DNA of 53,823 nucleotides, the filler included, from Squatina squatina (lineage: Eukaryota): assembly GCA_031763465.1 (NCBI GenBank). It is 3 parts of 3 records of this genome, joined end to end, with 100 filler letters (N's around TTAATTAATTAA, not from the genome) between each part and the next. Parts side by side here need not be neighbours in the genome. Positions count along the whole stretch, not along the records: positions 39,129 to 53,823 come from JARFOE010000219.1; 2 more parts are not named here. One strand, written 5' to 3'. This document shows, one piece after another, positions 51,289 through 53,823 of this stretch; position 1 is the first letter of the stretch; the number at the start of each line of letters is the position of its first letter. The position numbers and the translations under genes were made by a program. Below the pieces are notes generated by a model, which saw nothing but the letters and a program-made list of their open reading frames with translations, did not search any database and was not told where the DNA came from.

Positions 51289-52589
51289 TTGCCCCATCTC
51301 TGTGTCTCTCAGTACGTTTCTCTGTTAGTGCACTTAAGTGCAAGATTTTTGATGCACCGTCCGAGACTTGGGAGACTCTTCAGACTCAAGTCAGCTACAG
51401 TCCCTGTCAAGAAGCTAAATCAACGTAAATGGGTTCAGGAATTATGGCTACTGAGATATATGGGATCTTGTAAACATAATGACTTTGGCTCTCTATGAAC
51501 TGCAGTATCATCATCTTCTGAAATTGGCTGCAGCCTCCGTGAATGTCAGCCACCAGTCTGAAGCAGAATAGGTTTCCTCCACTCGCCGTCTAAAATAAGG
51601 CCCCACCAGATGACTGATGCGAGGGGCGCCCAGCAGGTTAATGAATCCCGAAGATAGAAGTAACTGATATTCACACGATTCACAGCAATGAGCGATGTGC
51701 AGGCCTGCTGAGGCTGGTTCGCGAGGGCTCTGTTGAGCGGGTACAGTTGGCAGGGCAAAACCTAGAGCTTGCAGCACAGCGCTGCACCAAATGGAAACAC
51801 GGCAGGATGGGGACCCCAGCTGGGCACTATACTGATCTTCTTGTGCACTACTACCTAATGCAGTACCAGCAAGATGCAGACCCCCGTCTGGTTAATTTTA
51901 TGATACAATGCAAACCGAGATAATAGTGCCCGCTTCTGCTCCCATTGGTACATCCATTTTTTGTTGCAAAAATGGTANNNNNNNNNNNNNNNNNNNNNNN
52001 NNNNNNNNNNNNNNNNNNNNNNNNNNNNNNNNNNNNNNNNNNNNNNNNNNNNNNNNNNNNNNNNNNNNNNNNNNNNNTCAGCGGGGGGTCATTGGATAAC
52101 AAAAAGGAACGGGAACTGAACTTGTCTTTCGCTAACCCACAAGGGCTGATGACCACAGTTATGCTCTTACACCCTGGCTGACTGTGCACAGACTGGGGAT
52201 CAAATCTCAGGCCTACCTGGTCTGTGTTGCTCATTTCCACAGTCAGTGTACATGACTGCAGAAGGACACATTGCAAATGGCTGCAAACCGAATCCCTGAA
52301 GGTATTGTTGACATTACCTGTTGCTGCTGAAGTGGCACTTTGGCTGAAGAACTACAACATGTGCGGATTGCTTAATATCATCGCTGGTCTACACAGAGAT
52401 TGGACTTTTAACGCATAAACATGGGAGAGTGGTGATCTAAATTCAACCTGGGCTTCTAGATCCACAAAATACAATATCGGGGCACAGGCTTTACTACAGA
52501 TCTAAGCGGCGCCGTACCTGACCTCGCTTGATCCTGACAGAGTTCCTGAAACGGAAAGTGTGCCAGCTCTCAGTACCCTGATAAGCACA

Positions 52590-53000
52590 ACATAAAACTA
52601 GGTTAACAAGGCCATAAAAAAAGCAAACTAAGCACTGGGGTTCATTTCTAGAGGGATAGAATTGAAAAGCATTATGTTAAACTTGTATAAAACCTTCGTT
52701 AGACCACCATCTAAATATTGTAAACAGTTCTGGTCTCCACATTACAAAAAGGGCATAGAGGCACTGTAGAAGTTGTAGAAAAAATAGATTTATGAGAGTG
52801 ATACCAGAACTGAGTGGTTACACCTATCAGGAAACATTGAGCAGACTGGGGCTCCTTTCTCCCGAAAAAAGATGACTGAGGGGTGACCCAATTGAGATAT
52901 TTAAAACTATGAAAGGGTTTGACAGAGTAGACGTAGAGAAGATGCTTCCACCTCCGGGAGAGACCAGATTTGGGGCCATAAATACAAGATAGTCACTGAT
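52590..53000 (+). mobile_element. Degenerate CR1 LINE ORF2 3' fragment
   Basis: AAAGCAAAC..GCACTGGGGTTCATTTCTAGAGGGATAGAATTGAAAAGC...TTGTATAAAACCTT.GTTAGACCAC...CAGTTCTGGTCTCCAC corresponds to KAN..LGFISRGIE.KS / LYKT.VRP / QFWSP. Confidence 0.8.
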
Positions 53001-53823
53001 NNNNNNNNNNNNNNNNNNNNNNNNNNNNNNNNNNNNNNNNNNNNNNNNNNNNNNNNNNNNNNNNNNNNNNNNNNNNNNNNNNNNNNNNNNNNNNNNNNNN
53101 GCAAAAGTGTATCCGAGGCACTTTATTTGAAACGCTAGACACTGCTGAATTTAGCGGGGTGTTTAAGCAACAGCAGTGAAATCTCCTCACAGTCCATCAA
53201 GTATAACTCCTTGACTGGCTTACAACAGCCATCAAGGATCCTTTGATTGAAATTCAATGATTTCCTTTTAATTACCTGCCGGTACATAAAGCCAATGAAA
53301 CCACTTAAGAGAATTTGCTGAGGTTGTAATTACAGAGGGAGCTTTCAGCCAGCAAAATGATAAAAACCACATCACAAGCATATGCAACCAATTTAGGTTA
53401 CACAAAAAGCCTCCCTATTTTGAACCATTTGAACAAAAACTTGAGAATACACATGACCAGTTACATGATGGGATCAGTATTTGCATTCTTGAGGCTGCCT
53501 ACAAGAATCCAATAGAAATGGGGGTTAGTGCCAGAAAATGTATATTATTTTCAGTCAAGTGTTAGGAAATACCTGTCATATTTACAAAAGAACTATTAAT
53601 GGGCTATTTTAAAAAAAAAACACAGCATGATGCAAATTGCTAAAATGTGGCAAGTCAAGAAAGTTGGTCTTAATGGTAAAGTTTTCAATTAGTTACTCAG
53701 GAAACAGGATAATGCACTGAAAATCCAAACATGTGCATTCCATTCTTTAATGACGTCAACTTGTTTTTAAAACACACCCTCCTGCAAACCAAGCACTGTT
53801 AAACTACGTAATTTCAAAAGGCT

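Noticed and set aside
51329-51342. 14-bp palindrome TGCACTTAAGTGCA after the emrB junction as a bacterial terminator
   Set aside because: No GC-rich stem-loop with a proper loop and U tract, and it lies beyond the end of bacterial homology.

Overview
This is eukaryotic, AT-rich draft-assembly DNA with many N gaps. The repeats (CR1-type LINE 3' ends, tRNA-headed Deu-domain SINEs) point to a cartilaginous fish, probably a shark (inference). It is not one locus: two artificial 100-nt linkers (44 N + TTAATTAATTAA + 44 N, at 20006-20105 and 39029-39128) join three blocks. Block 1 (1-20005) holds a minus-strand ZNF804/GPATCH8-family gene, best matching ZNF804B, whose giant last exon is interrupted by a TG-rich repeat and gaps. 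Block 2 (20106-39028) holds two minus-strand exons of an SLC4A4/5/9-type bicarbonate transporter (one with a GC-AG donor), nine plus-strand coding exons of HNRNPH1 including the conserved 139-nt exon, and the last FYVE exon of RUFY1. That order mirrors the human 4q13 RUFY3-GRSF1-SLC4A4 paralogon. Block 3 (39129-53823) holds 3' exons of a divergent neurexin with NRXN1-type tandem SS#5 donors, a gap-bounded histone H2B variant with its own TATA/octamer/CCAAT promoter, and a ~308-bp enterobacterial emrB fragment joined without a gap to host-like DNA. I found no CRISPR array, rRNA, true tRNA or prokaryotic operon. Protein comparisons were made from memory of the families, not from database searches.
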